DNA of 45,252 nucleotides. Source: a virus (lineage: Duplodnaviria > Caudoviricetes). The stretch spans positions 1 through 45,252 of the IMG/VR virus record IMGVR_UViG_3300032373_000028; one strand, 5' to 3'. Each line of letters opens with the position of its first letter. Within the stretch, counting starts at the first letter, position 1. Under the pieces are notes generated by a model, which worked only from the letters and a program-made list of their open reading frames with translations, did no database searches and was not told the origin of the DNA. A program made the translations under genes and the position numbers. Of the stretch, positions 15,474 to 24,329 are shown piece after piece.

Positions 15474-17915
15474 GTGAGGCAGTCAGACCTCGAGGCCACG
15501 ATGGCCCAGCTTACCAGGGAGAGGGGTCTAGCCCGTCTCCAGAGTCTGCGGGACATGGGCCAGCTTAGCGAGACGGCATCGGGCCGTCACCTGCTGAAGG
15601 ACCAGACTCATCTGTTGATCGAGGCGCTGAGCGTTGTCCGCCTGGACCCGCGCTTCAAGACTGCCCCCATTCGAGACCTGATCCGGCTCCCTGATGAGTT
15701 GGTCGCTATCCTCACTCTCCAGACGATGCTGGACAGCCTGAAGGACAAGCACATCTCCAAGATCGCTCGGAAGCTGGGCGGTGTCCTAGAGGACGAGGAG
15801 CGGCTCACCGCAGCCGGGGAAGATGATCCCCTCCTGTTCAACAAGCTGGTGATGGTGTCTGACCGGAAGGGAGACACCGGCTGGCAGAGGAAGAGGCGTC
15901 TCTACTCAGCCTTCGGGCGTGAGAGTGCGGACAGTCTCCCCTCGGCTTGGAACCAGGAAGAGAAGATGAAGGTGGGGCTCTACTTGGTGGGGCTGGTGCT
16001 GAAGCACTGTGACATCTTCACGTCTATCAAGGTTAGCTCTGGGCAGAGGAACCGAAAGAGCCAGCTGGCCGTCGTCCTCACTCCCGAGACCCACACCTGG
16101 ATGCAGGAGGCGGACCTCAAGGCCATCGAACTCCACCCCTACTACCTCCCCTGTGTCGCAGTCCCGTTGGACTGGAGCAGCCCCTTCGGTGGAGGCTATC
16201 ACACCAACCAAGTCCTCCAGAAGCCTCTGGTCCGCACCTTCGACCGGAACCACCTGTCGGAGCTGGCACAGGCAGAGATGGCTACGGTCTACCGAGCGAT
16301 CAACTGCCTCCAACGTACAGCCTGGGCGATCAACGAGGACGTCTATCAGCTGATGAAGTGGGCTTGGGAGGAGGACCTCCAGATCGGAGGACTGCCTGCC
16401 AGAGACGAGCACAAGCTCCCTGAGAAGCCGGAGAAGTACGAGAGGGGCAACCCGGAGCACAGCGCCATCTACAAGGAGAGAGGCCGGCTCCAGGCGATCA
16501 ACAACAAGGCGAGAGCGTCGAGGGTGACGGTATTCAAGACGCTCCACATGGCGGAGCTGGTCCGAGGAGAGGGCCGGTTCTTCTACCCGCACTTCTGCGA
16601 CTGGAGGGGCCGCATGTACCCTCTGGTTGCATTCCTACAGCCTCAAGGAACGGATGAGGCACGTGGACTACTGAAGTTCGCTGATGGTGAACCCATCGAC
16701 ACCCCTGAGGCTGAGTTCTGGCTCGCCGTCGCCGGAGCTAATGCCTTCGGGGTGGATAAGGTCCCGCATGAGGAAAGGCGTGAGTGGGTCCGCTCGAAAG
16801 AGAGGATGATCCGCGCTGTGGCAGACGACCCTGCCGACTGTCTGTGGTGGGCTGAAGCTGACAAACCGTGGAGCTTCTTAGCGTGGTGCCTCGAGTGGGG
16901 CGCCTACCTAGACCACCAGGAGACTGGAGACGCCGCCCCGTTCATCTCCCATCAACCCTGCCCCCAGGATGGAAGTAACAACGGTCTCCAACTCTTCTCG
17001 TTCCTCATGCGGGACCAGGCTGGAGGGGAGGCTACGTGTGTCGTCCCGACAGGCCAGCCAGAGGACATCTACCAGCGTGTCGCCGAGAAGGTGACGGTCA
17101 AGCTGTTGGAGGCTCAGACCAAGCAGGACGAGAACAGCCAGGAAGCCTTCTGGGCTCAACGCTGGCTGGAGTTCTGTGGGGGTGCCATCGACCGGAAGGT
17201 CTGTAAGCGTCCGGTGATGACGAAGCCCTATGGCAGCACCTTGTTCTCCTGCCACAAGTCAGTGGTGGAGTGGCTGCATGAGAAGCTGATGGAGGAGGCC
17301 CTCGACAACCCCTTCCCCCAGGACGAACTCAAGCCCTCCATGTTCCTCTCGAGGATGATCTGGCAGGCCGTCGACGAGACGGTGAGCGCTGCCCCTGAGT
17401 GCATGACGTGGCTAAGGGACGTGTCCGATGTGGTGTGTAAGCTAGGGCTCCCAATCCGTTGGACGTCGCCCTCAGGTCTGCCTGTGAAGCAGGAGTACCT
17501 GAAGAAGGGTTTCCGTGCCGTAAAGTCGAATGTCTCTGGACGTACCCTTCAGGGCTCAGTGAGTACGGCGCATAAGGGCCCCGACCCTCACCGCTCCCGC
17601 AACGGTATCAGCCCCAACTTAGTCCACAGCCTGGACGCCGCCTGTGCGGCCCTGACGCTGGAGAAGCTCTACAACCTCGGTGTCAGAGACTTCGCCTGGG
17701 TGCATGACTCCTACGCAGTCCACGCCCGTCACACAGCAACGATGAACAAGGCTCTCCGTGAAGTGTTCGCGGAGGTCTTCTCAAAGCCTCAGCTCGAGGA
17801 GTTCAAGGCAGAGGTGGAGAGTTATCTCCCCGCTGGCGAGACGCTCCCCGATGTTCCTGAGGTCGGTACGATGGACGTTAGGCAGGTCCTCGATTCGCCG
17901 TACTTCTTCGCCTGA
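15474..17915 (+). CDS. Single-subunit DNA-dependent RNA polymerase (T7 gp1-like)
   Basis: DWRGRMY, QDGSNNGLQ, RKVCKRPVMTKPYG, HDSY and the C-terminal YFFA. Confidence 0.98.
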   Translation: MRQSDLEATMAQLTRERGLARLQSLRDMGQLSETASGRHLLKDQTHLLIEALSVVRLDPRFKTAPIRDLIRLPDELVAILTLQTMLDSLKDKHISKIARKLGGVLEDEERLTAAGEDDPLLFNKLVMVSDRKGDTGWQRKRRLYSAFGRESADSLPSAWNQEEKMKVGLYLVGLVLKHCDIFTSIKVSSGQRNRKSQLAVVLTPETHTWMQEADLKAIELHPYYLPCVAVPLDWSSPFGGGYHTNQVLQKPLVRTFDRNHLSELAQAEMATVYRAINCLQRTAWAINEDVYQLMKWAWEEDLQIGGLPARDEHKLPEKPEKYERGNPEHSAIYKERGRLQAINNKARASRVTVFKTLHMAELVRGEGRFFYPHFCDWRGRMYPLVAFLQPQGTDEARGLLKFADGEPIDTPEAEFWLAVAGANAFGVDKVPHEERREWVRSKERMIRAVADDPADCLWWAEADKPWSFLAWCLEWGAYLDHQETGDAAPFISHQPCPQDGSNNGLQLFSFLMRDQAGGEATCVVPTGQPEDIYQRVAEKVTVKLLEAQTKQDENSQEAFWAQRWLEFCGGAIDRKVCKRPVMTKPYGSTLFSCHKSVVEWLHEKLMEEALDNPFPQDELKPSMFLSRMIWQAVDETVSAAPECMTWLRDVSDVVCKLGLPIRWTSPSGLPVKQEYLKKGFRAVKSNVSGRTLQGSVSTAHKGPDPHRSRNGISPNLVHSLDAACAALTLEKLYNLGVRDFAWVHDSYAVHARHTATMNKALREVFAEVFSKPQLEEFKAEVESYLPAGETLPDVPEVGTMDVRQVLDSPYFFA

Positions 17916-17926
17916 GACAACACTAG

Positions 17927-18553
17927 ATGAAACGAAAGAACGTAGAGCTACTGACGCCCGTAGGCACGGCCCGGTATCCGCACCTGAATGTGCCTGACCG
18001 CCGCTTCAATGATGATGGGGTGTTCTCCTGTGACCTGATCTTGGAGGACACCGCAGAGGCTCGGGAATTCATGGCGGGTTTGGATGATGAGTGGGCCAAG
18101 GCAGCTGAGTACGCTAAGGATCAGGCGGGGAAGGCGAACGCCAAAGCCGCCAACCCGCCTTGGGCCGACGAGGAGGACGACGAAGGTAACCCGACAGGCC
18201 GCACCATCCTCAAGACCAAGCTCAAGCACATCGTCCGTCCTCGTAACGGTACGCCGTGGAAGAAGAAGGTCCACATCATTGACAGCCAGAAGAACCCGAT
18301 GGGCGAGACGGTGGGACCGGGCTCCCAGCTGCGTCTGAAGATCGCTGTCCGAGGCTGGTTCATGCCGACCAACGGAGCCGGCGCAAGCCTGGACCTCATC
18401 GCTGCTCAGGTCTTCGAGCTGAAGCAGGGTGGAGGAGCCGTAGACGGCTTCGACGTAGTCGACGACGGCTTCACCAGTGAGGTTGCTCCGGAAGCGTTCA
18501 GCGACAAGGTCGATGAGACCGTGACGGACGCAAGCAACGCGGGGACGTTCTAG
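17927..18553 (+). CDS. Single-stranded DNA-binding protein (T7 gp2.5-like)
   Basis: TPVGTARYPHLNVPD, GPGSQLRL and GASLDLIAAQV, with an acidic tail ending in Phe. Confidence 0.9.
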   Translation: MKRKNVELLTPVGTARYPHLNVPDRRFNDDGVFSCDLILEDTAEAREFMAGLDDEWAKAAEYAKDQAGKANAKAANPPWADEEDDEGNPTGRTILKTKLKHIVRPRNGTPWKKKVHIIDSQKNPMGETVGPGSQLRLKIAVRGWFMPTNGAGASLDLIAAQVFELKQGGGAVDGFDVVDDGFTSEVAPEAFSDKVDETVTDASNAGTF

Positions 18554-18621
18554 TGATTACGGCCTACATCACCATTGTAGTCCTCTACGCGATGTACCGC
18601 TTCGGAGAGAGGAAGATTTGA
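18553..18621 (+). CDS. 22-aa hydrophobic peptide (MITAYITIVVLYAMYRFGERKI)
   Basis: GTG overlaps the SSB stop and TGA overlaps the next TTG start, filling the gap exactly. Confidence 0.45.
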   Translation: MITAYITIVVLYAMYRFGERKI

Positions 18622-18851
18622 ACTGCCGCTCCTGCTCTAACCGTGAGGCGGACACGACCTTCATGGGAGCGCCTTGGTGCTCTCTATGTCGGGATGCGTT
18701 CCTTAGGGCTCCTCACCGTAGGTTCCTCTTGGATCACGCCGTCCGCGTTCAGCAGCAGGAGCGTGCTGCGAGACTGTCGACAATGGGTCGCCAAGCACAG
18801 GCCCTGCGAGACAGGGAAGATAAAGTCGTGGAGCTACTCTTCATCCGATGA
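18618..18851 (+). CDS. Small CxxC...CxxC zinc-finger-like protein
   Basis: CRSC and CSLC motifs, with overlaps at both ends. Confidence 0.55.
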   Translation: MNCRSCSNREADTTFMGAPWCSLCRDAFLRAPHRRFLLDHAVRVQQQERAARLSTMGRQAQALRDREDKVVELLFIR

Positions 18852-19180
18852 ACTCACGTCAGAAAGGAAAACGAGGCGAGCTTGAAGCACGTAACGCGGT
18901 AAGGGAGCACCTCCCCTACCCCGAGTGCATCAGAGCCGCCCAGGTCTCCGGAGCCTTCTCCGCTGACCTATTGAACACGGGTCGTCTGCATGTGGAAGTC
19001 AAGCGGAGGAAGGCTATTGCTGCCCTCCACTTCCTCAGGCAGGCGATTGGTGACGCCAAGCCGGATGAGATCCCCTTCGTGGTGATGCGCGAAGACAAGG
19101 ACACCGACTGGGTGGTGATGTTCCGGCTAAGTGACGTCGGGGCATTCGTAGAAGAAATCAACTCAAAGGCAAAGGCATGA
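18848..19180 (+). CDS. Hjc-type PD-(D/E)XK Holliday junction resolvase
   Basis: NSRQKGKRGELE...ADL...HVEVKRR. Confidence 0.8.
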   Translation: MNSRQKGKRGELEARNAVREHLPYPECIRAAQVSGAFSADLLNTGRLHVEVKRRKAIAALHFLRQAIGDAKPDEIPFVVMREDKDTDWVVMFRLSDVGAFVEEINSKAKA

Positions 19181-19389
19181 AACAGACACAGAACAAGCGC
19201 CTCCTGGCGCACCTGGAAGAGAACGGTTCCATCACACCTGGAGAGGCGCTCCTGGTGCATGGGGTCTTCCGACTGGCGGCAAGGATCAACGAGCTACGGG
19301 ACATGGGCTACTCCATCGACACCGTGATGCACGTCGATGCGACGGGGAAGCGGTATGCGCGGTACTGGCTGCAGGAGGTCGCCGCTTGA
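19177..19389 (+). CDS. Winged helix-turn-helix protein
   Basis: LLAHLEENGSITPGEAL...RLAARINELRDMGYSI, a common phage HTH family. Confidence 0.8.
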   Translation: MKQTQNKRLLAHLEENGSITPGEALLVHGVFRLAARINELRDMGYSIDTVMHVDATGKRYARYWLQEVAA

Positions 19390-19604
19390 AGTGCTCCAAG
19401 TGTGGCTCGACCCGCCTGATGATCGTGGACTCCTGCGACCCTGACACCTCCGTCAAGAAGGCGGCGAAGATGTGGCCTGTACGTCTTCCCCAAGGCAACA
19501 GCCGCTTCCGACGTCGGAACTGCGCTGACTGTCTCGAGATCCACTGGACACTTGAGCAGGTCCTGGACCGGGCTCAGTTCATCGCACGGAAGGAGCTGGT
19601 CTGA
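19386..19604 (+). CDS. NrdR-like zinc-ribbon protein lacking the ATP cone
   Basis: MKCSKCG...IVDS...RRRNCADC...WTLEQ parallels the NrdR N-terminal ribbon. Confidence 0.65.
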   Translation: MKCSKCGSTRLMIVDSCDPDTSVKKAAKMWPVRLPQGNSRFRRRNCADCLEIHWTLEQVLDRAQFIARKELV

Positions 19605-21187
19605 TGGGTGTCGTTGCTTCAGCTAATCAACCCTGCCCGGTATGCCCTTCGAGTGACGCCTATCAGGTCTACGATGACGGCTACGGCCATTGCTTCTCCT
19701 GTGATGCTCACATCAAGGACGGAGAGCCTGTAGAGACCAAGGCCAAGCTCCCCAGCGACCTGATCTCCTTCAAGGTCACCGACCTCCCTGGCCGGAAGCT
19801 GAACGAGGAGTCCTGTCGGAAGTGGGCCTATGGTATCGCTGCCCACCGAGGTCGGGACTGCCATGTAGCTAACTTCCATGACCCCCACGGCAACGTGGTG
19901 GCTCAGAAGCTCCGCTTCGCTGACAAGAGCTTCATCGTTCTCGGTGACATCTCGAAGGCAGGACTCTACGGAGAGCACCTGTGGCGAGACGGAGGCCGGA
20001 AGCTGGTCATCGTGGAGGGTGAGCTGGACGCCTTGTCCCTCTCCCAAGCCCAGAGCCACAAGTGGCCTGTGGTCTCCCTCCCCCAGGGAGCGCAGAGCGG
20101 GAAGAAGGCAGTGAAGAAGAGCCTCGAGTGGGTGGAGTCCTTCGACGAGGTTGTCCTCCTGCTCGACAACGATGAGCCGGGCCAGCAAGCCGCTCAGGAC
20201 ATCGCTCTCCTCCTTACCCCCGGCAAGGCGAAGATCGCGCACCTGCCCCTCAAGGACGCCAGCGACATGCTGAAGGCCGGGAGGAGCGCTGAGCTGGTGG
20301 ACGCCACTTGGAACGGTAAGAAGTACCAGCCCCAAGGCATCGTCACTGGTGAGGACCTGTGGGACCATATGAGCCGGGAGCTGCCGATGGCTGACTTCCC
20401 TATGCCTTGGGTCGGACTCAACGACAAGCTAGGCGGCTTCCGCTCTCAGGAGCTGTGGATGTTCGTCGCCGGAAGTGGCATCGGTAAGTCTGCTGTCTGC
20501 CGTGAGCTAGCTGCTGACATCCAGAAGCAGCCTGATACCAAGGTTGGTTACATCGCTCTCGAGGAGAGCGTGCAGAAGACGCTGCTTGGGATGTGTGGGA
20601 TCTACCTTAACAAGCCTCTAGCTCAGGACCCGATCCTCGCACAGCTGGCCGACAAGCGTGAGGTCTTCGACAAGTACCTTGCCCACATGGCGCTCTACGA
20701 CCACTTCGGCTCCCTGGACTGTGACAGCCTGATCTCGAAGCTTCGCTTCATGGTGAAGGCTGAAGGGGTGACCCACGCCTTCCTCGACCATATCTCCATC
20801 GTGGTGTCTGGCGCTGACGCTGATGACCGGAAGGCTCTGGACATTCTGATGACCAAGCTGCGAAGTTTCGTCCAGGAGACTGGTATCTGGCTCTGCTGTG
20901 TGTCACACTTGAAGCGCCCCGAGGGTAAGGGACATGAGGACGGAGGACAGACCCACCTGAGTCAGCTCAGGGGCAGTGCCTCCATCGCTCAGCTCTCTGA
21001 CGCTGTGGTCGGCTTGGAGCGCGACCAACAGGACGAGGACAACAGGAACCTGACAACGCTCAGGGTCCTAAAGAATCGCTGGAGTGGGGACACAGGCCGT
21101 GCTGGTGTCCTTGCGTATGACCCGAGTACGGGTCGACTGGCTGAAGCTTCCACGGCTGACTTCAACTCTAGTGATGGAGGATTCTAA
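19604..21187 (+). CDS. DNA primase-helicase (T7 gp4-like)
   Basis: Zinc-binding CPVC..SDA..HCFSC, TOPRIM EGELDALS, Walker A AGSGIGKS, LRGSASIAQLSD and KNRWSG. Confidence 0.97.
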   Translation: MGVVASANQPCPVCPSSDAYQVYDDGYGHCFSCDAHIKDGEPVETKAKLPSDLISFKVTDLPGRKLNEESCRKWAYGIAAHRGRDCHVANFHDPHGNVVAQKLRFADKSFIVLGDISKAGLYGEHLWRDGGRKLVIVEGELDALSLSQAQSHKWPVVSLPQGAQSGKKAVKKSLEWVESFDEVVLLLDNDEPGQQAAQDIALLLTPGKAKIAHLPLKDASDMLKAGRSAELVDATWNGKKYQPQGIVTGEDLWDHMSRELPMADFPMPWVGLNDKLGGFRSQELWMFVAGSGIGKSAVCRELAADIQKQPDTKVGYIALEESVQKTLLGMCGIYLNKPLAQDPILAQLADKREVFDKYLAHMALYDHFGSLDCDSLISKLRFMVKAEGVTHAFLDHISIVVSGADADDRKALDILMTKLRSFVQETGIWLCCVSHLKRPEGKGHEDGGQTHLSQLRGSASIAQLSDAVVGLERDQQDEDNRNLTTLRVLKNRWSGDTGRAGVLAYDPSTGRLAEASTADFNSSDGGF

Positions 21188-21474
21188 TGGCTGACACCTG
21201 GGAGAGCGCCCTCAAGCGCCTCAACAAACACGTCACCGCTATGGCTGAGAAGCTGCAGCGATACGAGAAGCAACACAAGGAAGACCAGCAGGCGCTTCAA
21301 GCCCTCGAGGACTCCTTCGATGCTGTCACTCTCGAGCGAGACGCACTCGCTGACTTCGTCTCCCCTATCATCATCCAGATGGCTGGTGTAGCTAACGGTC
21401 TGCCTGGAGATCAGGTGACGGTGGCTGAGGTGACGGACGAGAAGATCGAGGAGATCCGGAGGCTGACGGAGTGA
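21187..21474 (+). CDS. Coiled-coil hypothetical protein
   Basis: TAATG coupling with GGAGG SD. Confidence 0.65.
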   Translation: MADTWESALKRLNKHVTAMAEKLQRYEKQHKEDQQALQALEDSFDAVTLERDALADFVSPIIIQMAGVANGLPGDQVTVAEVTDEKIEEIRRLTE

Positions 21475-21725
21475 CTGACCAAGTAAATTCACCTGACCAC
21501 TACACCTTCGGGGGGATGGAGACTATCGACATCCTGAAGGCGAAGATGAGTCCGGAGAGGTTCCGTGGGTATCTGCTAGGTAACGTCCTGAAGTACCTGA
21601 CTCGATCAGAGCTAAAGGGGAAGCCGGTGCAGGACATTGCTAAGGCACGTTGGTATCTGAGGCGCTACGAACTTGAAGTCATAGAGGAAAGGCAAGATGA
21701 ACGAACACAGAAAGAAACTGAATGA
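21471..21725 (+). CDS. DUF3310 / T7 gp1.7-like putative nucleotide kinase
   Basis: DQVNSPDHY..GGMETID...GNVLKYL.R...KG...DIAKARWYL. Confidence 0.85.
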   Translation: MTDQVNSPDHYTFGGMETIDILKAKMSPERFRGYLLGNVLKYLTRSELKGKPVQDIAKARWYLRRYELEVIEERQDERTQKETE

Positions 21726-23058
21726 TGAGGCGCTGACGGACCTTCAGGCGGAGAACGCGAGGCTGCGGGAGGAGCGGGATGGGCACTTGGCTGCCTTCGC
21801 TTCGGAGGCAGACGAGAACATTGCACTTCGTGAGTTGCGCGACCAACTCCGCGCCGAGCTTGAGGCGGCGAAGGATAAGCTTGAAGCTTCTGAGCTTACC
21901 GTAGCAACGAACATGGCTACCTGGGAGCAGACGGACCAGGACCTGGGGAAGGCGTGCGATGCAATTCGCGAATTGGAATCCCGCCTCACCACCGCCGAGG
22001 CCACCGCGAGCGAGGCGATCCAGGCCAAGGACGGCGCGTACTCCGAGCGCAACAAGCTCGTGGCCGCCCTGTCTAAACTCCTTCCCGCATCGCTGGAGCG
22101 GCACCCGGAAGAGGACAAGGACTGGGAGGACGATTGGCGCTGGATCGTGTTCATCGACGCGCCGACCGGACAGCTTTCGTGGCACGTCCACGACTCGGAA
22201 CTTCCGATGCTTGACCACCTGGAGCGCGGCACGGGACGGTCGTGGGACGGCCACACGACGGATGAGAAGTATGAGCGCCTCGAAGCCCTCCGCGCCCGCA
22301 GCGCCGAGAGCGGGGAGACGCCCATGCTTACCGAGGCCACCGCGAGCGAGGCGATGAAGTTGTTGGAACACCTCGTTGAAGTCCACGCTGACGCTGACCT
22401 AGAACGAGAGGGCGTGCTGAACGGCGTCGCCCAACTTGCGCGGGAACTGATCGCTAGGACCCGCAGCGCCGAGAGCGGGGAGACGCCGGAGCGCAAGGGT
22501 CCTACCCAGTCCCAGATTTCAGAGGGCTTGTGGCTCCTGCGCCGCGTGGATACCTGGGGCGTGGTCAAGAGCGACCGCATCCTGATTAGGGAGTTCCTGA
22601 AACGACTCGACGCTGAGGACCCCACCCCGCAGCCCGCGAAGTGCGAGACGTGCGGAGGGACGGAGGAAGTCTCGGTGCCGTGTCCTGATCCGCCGAAGTT
22701 CTTCGGGGGTGTGCGTGTGTCTTGCCTGGTGAACCACCTAGGCCCCTGCCCCGACTGCACGGGTGCCGAGCCGCTGGCGGGGGAGGAGCCCGCTCTGCTA
22801 GAGAGCATGACTGACCTGGCGGACCGAGGTATCGACGCTGTGATTGAGGCTCGGGCCGTGGCGGGAAAGGAAAAGCAGCGGGGCGACACTTGGAAGGCCA
22901 AGGCCGAAGCCTGGGAGGACTTGTGCATGTCGATCGACGAGTTCGACACCGAGAACGACGGCCCGGTTCTGCTGGCTCACCTGGACTCGCCAGGGGCATG
23001 GATAGCCCGCCGCACCGCCCTCGCCACCGGCGAGCCCGCCGAGGAGAAGGAAGCATGA
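21697..23058 (+). CDS. Mosaic accessory protein: coiled coil + WDGH-motif module + CxxC zinc module
   Basis: GQLSWH...WDGHTTDEKYERL and CETC...CPDC motifs, plus internal direct repeats. Confidence 0.7.
   Translation: MNEHRKKLNDEALTDLQAENARLREERDGHLAAFASEADENIALRELRDQLRAELEAAKDKLEASELTVATNMATWEQTDQDLGKACDAIRELESRLTTAEATASEAIQAKDGAYSERNKLVAALSKLLPASLERHPEEDKDWEDDWRWIVFIDAPTGQLSWHVHDSELPMLDHLERGTGRSWDGHTTDEKYERLEALRARSAESGETPMLTEATASEAMKLLEHLVEVHADADLEREGVLNGVAQLARELIARTRSAESGETPERKGPTQSQISEGLWLLRRVDTWGVVKSDRILIREFLKRLDAEDPTPQPAKCETCGGTEEVSVPCPDPPKFFGGVRVSCLVNHLGPCPDCTGAEPLAGEEPALLESMTDLADRGIDAVIEARAVAGKEKQRGDTWKAKAEAWEDLCMSIDEFDTENDGPVLLAHLDSPGAWIARRTALATGEPAEEKEA
21995..22487 (+). repeat. Interleaved direct repeats A (25 nt: 21995-22019, 22331-22355) and B (28 nt: 22295-22322, 22460-22487)
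   Basis: Exact copies of ccgaggccaccgcgagcgaggcgat and cccgcagcgccgagagcggggagacgcc. Confidence 0.92.
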
Positions 23059-23537
23059 GCCAGCACGGATCACAGTCATTCGAGGACGTCGTTGGAATGA
23101 CCTTGGAGCGTTATAGCAACCTCCCCGGCAGTCGAGAGGTCCGCGCGATGATCGCACGTCGCGCAGTCGCTAGGTGGCTGGAGTCGGGACGTAGCTACAG
23201 GTTCGGGGAAACGATCCCCGTCGATCCCTACGACGACCCGCACACATACCCCGACAGCGTGCGCGACGAAGCCGATGGGATGCGGTGGTGCCTACATCTG
23301 GTCCGATGCGCGCTCAAGGGGAATAACATGGAGCCGTTCGGTGAACTACCCGAAGAGGTTGCCGACATCATCGAGCGCATCCTGGCCCAAGCGAAGCCCG
23401 CCGCCCCCGAGAGCGAGCACGCGGGGCTGCTGCGGGAGGCGCGTGATGAACTCGTCCGCGCCTACGGGATGAAGACGAAGCTCGTTGACCGCATCGACGC
23501 CGCGCTCGCCGCGAAGGAGGGCTCCGATGGGAAGTGA
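23055..23537 (+). CDS. Accessory hypothetical protein (start revised to ATG 23055)
   Basis: ATGA overlap with the upstream stop and AAGGA upstream. Confidence 0.6.
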   Translation: MSQHGSQSFEDVVGMTLERYSNLPGSREVRAMIARRAVARWLESGRSYRFGETIPVDPYDDPHTYPDSVRDEADGMRWCLHLVRCALKGNNMEPFGELPEEVADIIERILAQAKPAAPESEHAGLLREARDELVRAYGMKTKLVDRIDAALAAKEGSDGK

Positions 23538-23856
23538 AACGAAGGCCGAACTGGCAGCCATGCTCCGCATGAAGCAGGACGACTGGATCGAGGCGTGCCA
23601 GGAGAATGATCGACTCCAGGGGAGGCTCGACGAGGCGGTGAGGTTGCTGGAGCGTTTGGACAATCCGCGCGAAGGTCTCAACGCCAGCGAGGTTCGCGCC
23701 TTCCTCGACTCCCTCCCGGCCCCCACGCCGCCCGCTGGGGAGTGTGGGACTTGTGGAGACACCCTCGACCCGGTGGAGCGAATGCCTGACTGCGTGAGGG
23801 ATGTCGTGTGCCCCGAGTGTGTCCCCCGCGATGGCGGGGAAGGGGGTGAGGGTTGA
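23527..23856 (+). CDS. Accessory protein with C-terminal CxxC...CxxC (start revised to ATG 23527)
   Basis: AAGGAGG SD, with CGTC and CPEC motifs. Confidence 0.6.
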   Translation: MGSETKAELAAMLRMKQDDWIEACQENDRLQGRLDEAVRLLERLDNPREGLNASEVRAFLDSLPAPTPPAGECGTCGDTLDPVERMPDCVRDVVCPECVPRDGGEGGEG

Positions 23857-24107
23857 AGCTCTATCGAAACGTCTGTACCACAGAAGGCGAGTTGGCGGGG
23901 TACGCCTACTTCCCCTCCAGGAAGGCCGCGATCGCCCACGCGAAGGAGTGGAAGGAAGAAGGTCTGCATGGGACGTTCTGCGATCCCGTTGCTCAGGAGT
24001 GCCATATCCCGACGACGAAGCACGGTCTCTTGAACTGGCTCAACGATGACGCCGGAGGTTTGGTCGAGCCCCCCGCTCCCGGCAAGGGAGGTACGCCCCA
24101 TGAGTGA
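23853..24107 (+). CDS. Accessory hypothetical protein
   Basis: TTGA overlap with GAGG upstream. Confidence 0.6.
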   Translation: MKLYRNVCTTEGELAGYAYFPSRKAAIAHAKEWKEEGLHGTFCDPVAQECHIPTTKHGLLNWLNDDAGGLVEPPAPGKGGTPHE

Positions 24108-24228
24108 CATCTGGATTCCCGTGGTCGTCCTAGTGGGCACCGTGCTTGCCCTCGTCCTAGCGGGCCCCGTGCTTGCCCTCGTCGGCGAGGCCCTGATTGG
24201 TAGCTATACCCGAGGAGGTAAGCCTTGA
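24100..24228 (+). CDS. 42-aa membrane peptide containing a 27-nt tandem duplication
   Basis: GGAGGT SD. Units 24125-24151 and 24152-24178 are 25/27 identical. Confidence 0.6.
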   Translation: MSDIWIPVVVLVGTVLALVLAGPVLALVGEALIGSYTRGGKP

Positions 24229-24329
24229 AGCTCCTCTGCTGGATCGGGCTGCATCGGTGGCGTCACGTTGCGGGAGCGATCGGGACCTTCTGCGTGCGCT
24301 GCGATAGGCGCAAGGGAGGCCCCCGATGA
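24225..24329 (+). CDS. 34-aa DUF1660-like peptide (MKLLCWIGLHRW...CVRC)
   Basis: LC..GLH.W...C.RC pattern, GGAGG SD, and coupling at both ends. Not in the ORF track. Confidence 0.6.
   Translation: MKLLCWIGLHRWRHVAGAIGTFCVRCDRRKGGPR

Noticed and set aside
21744-22949. Long minus-strand ORFs (also 33019..33975, 2909..3748, 23346..24140 and others)
   Set aside because: They are antisense shadows of well-supported + strand genes, expected from GC-rich codon bias, and show no recognisable motifs.
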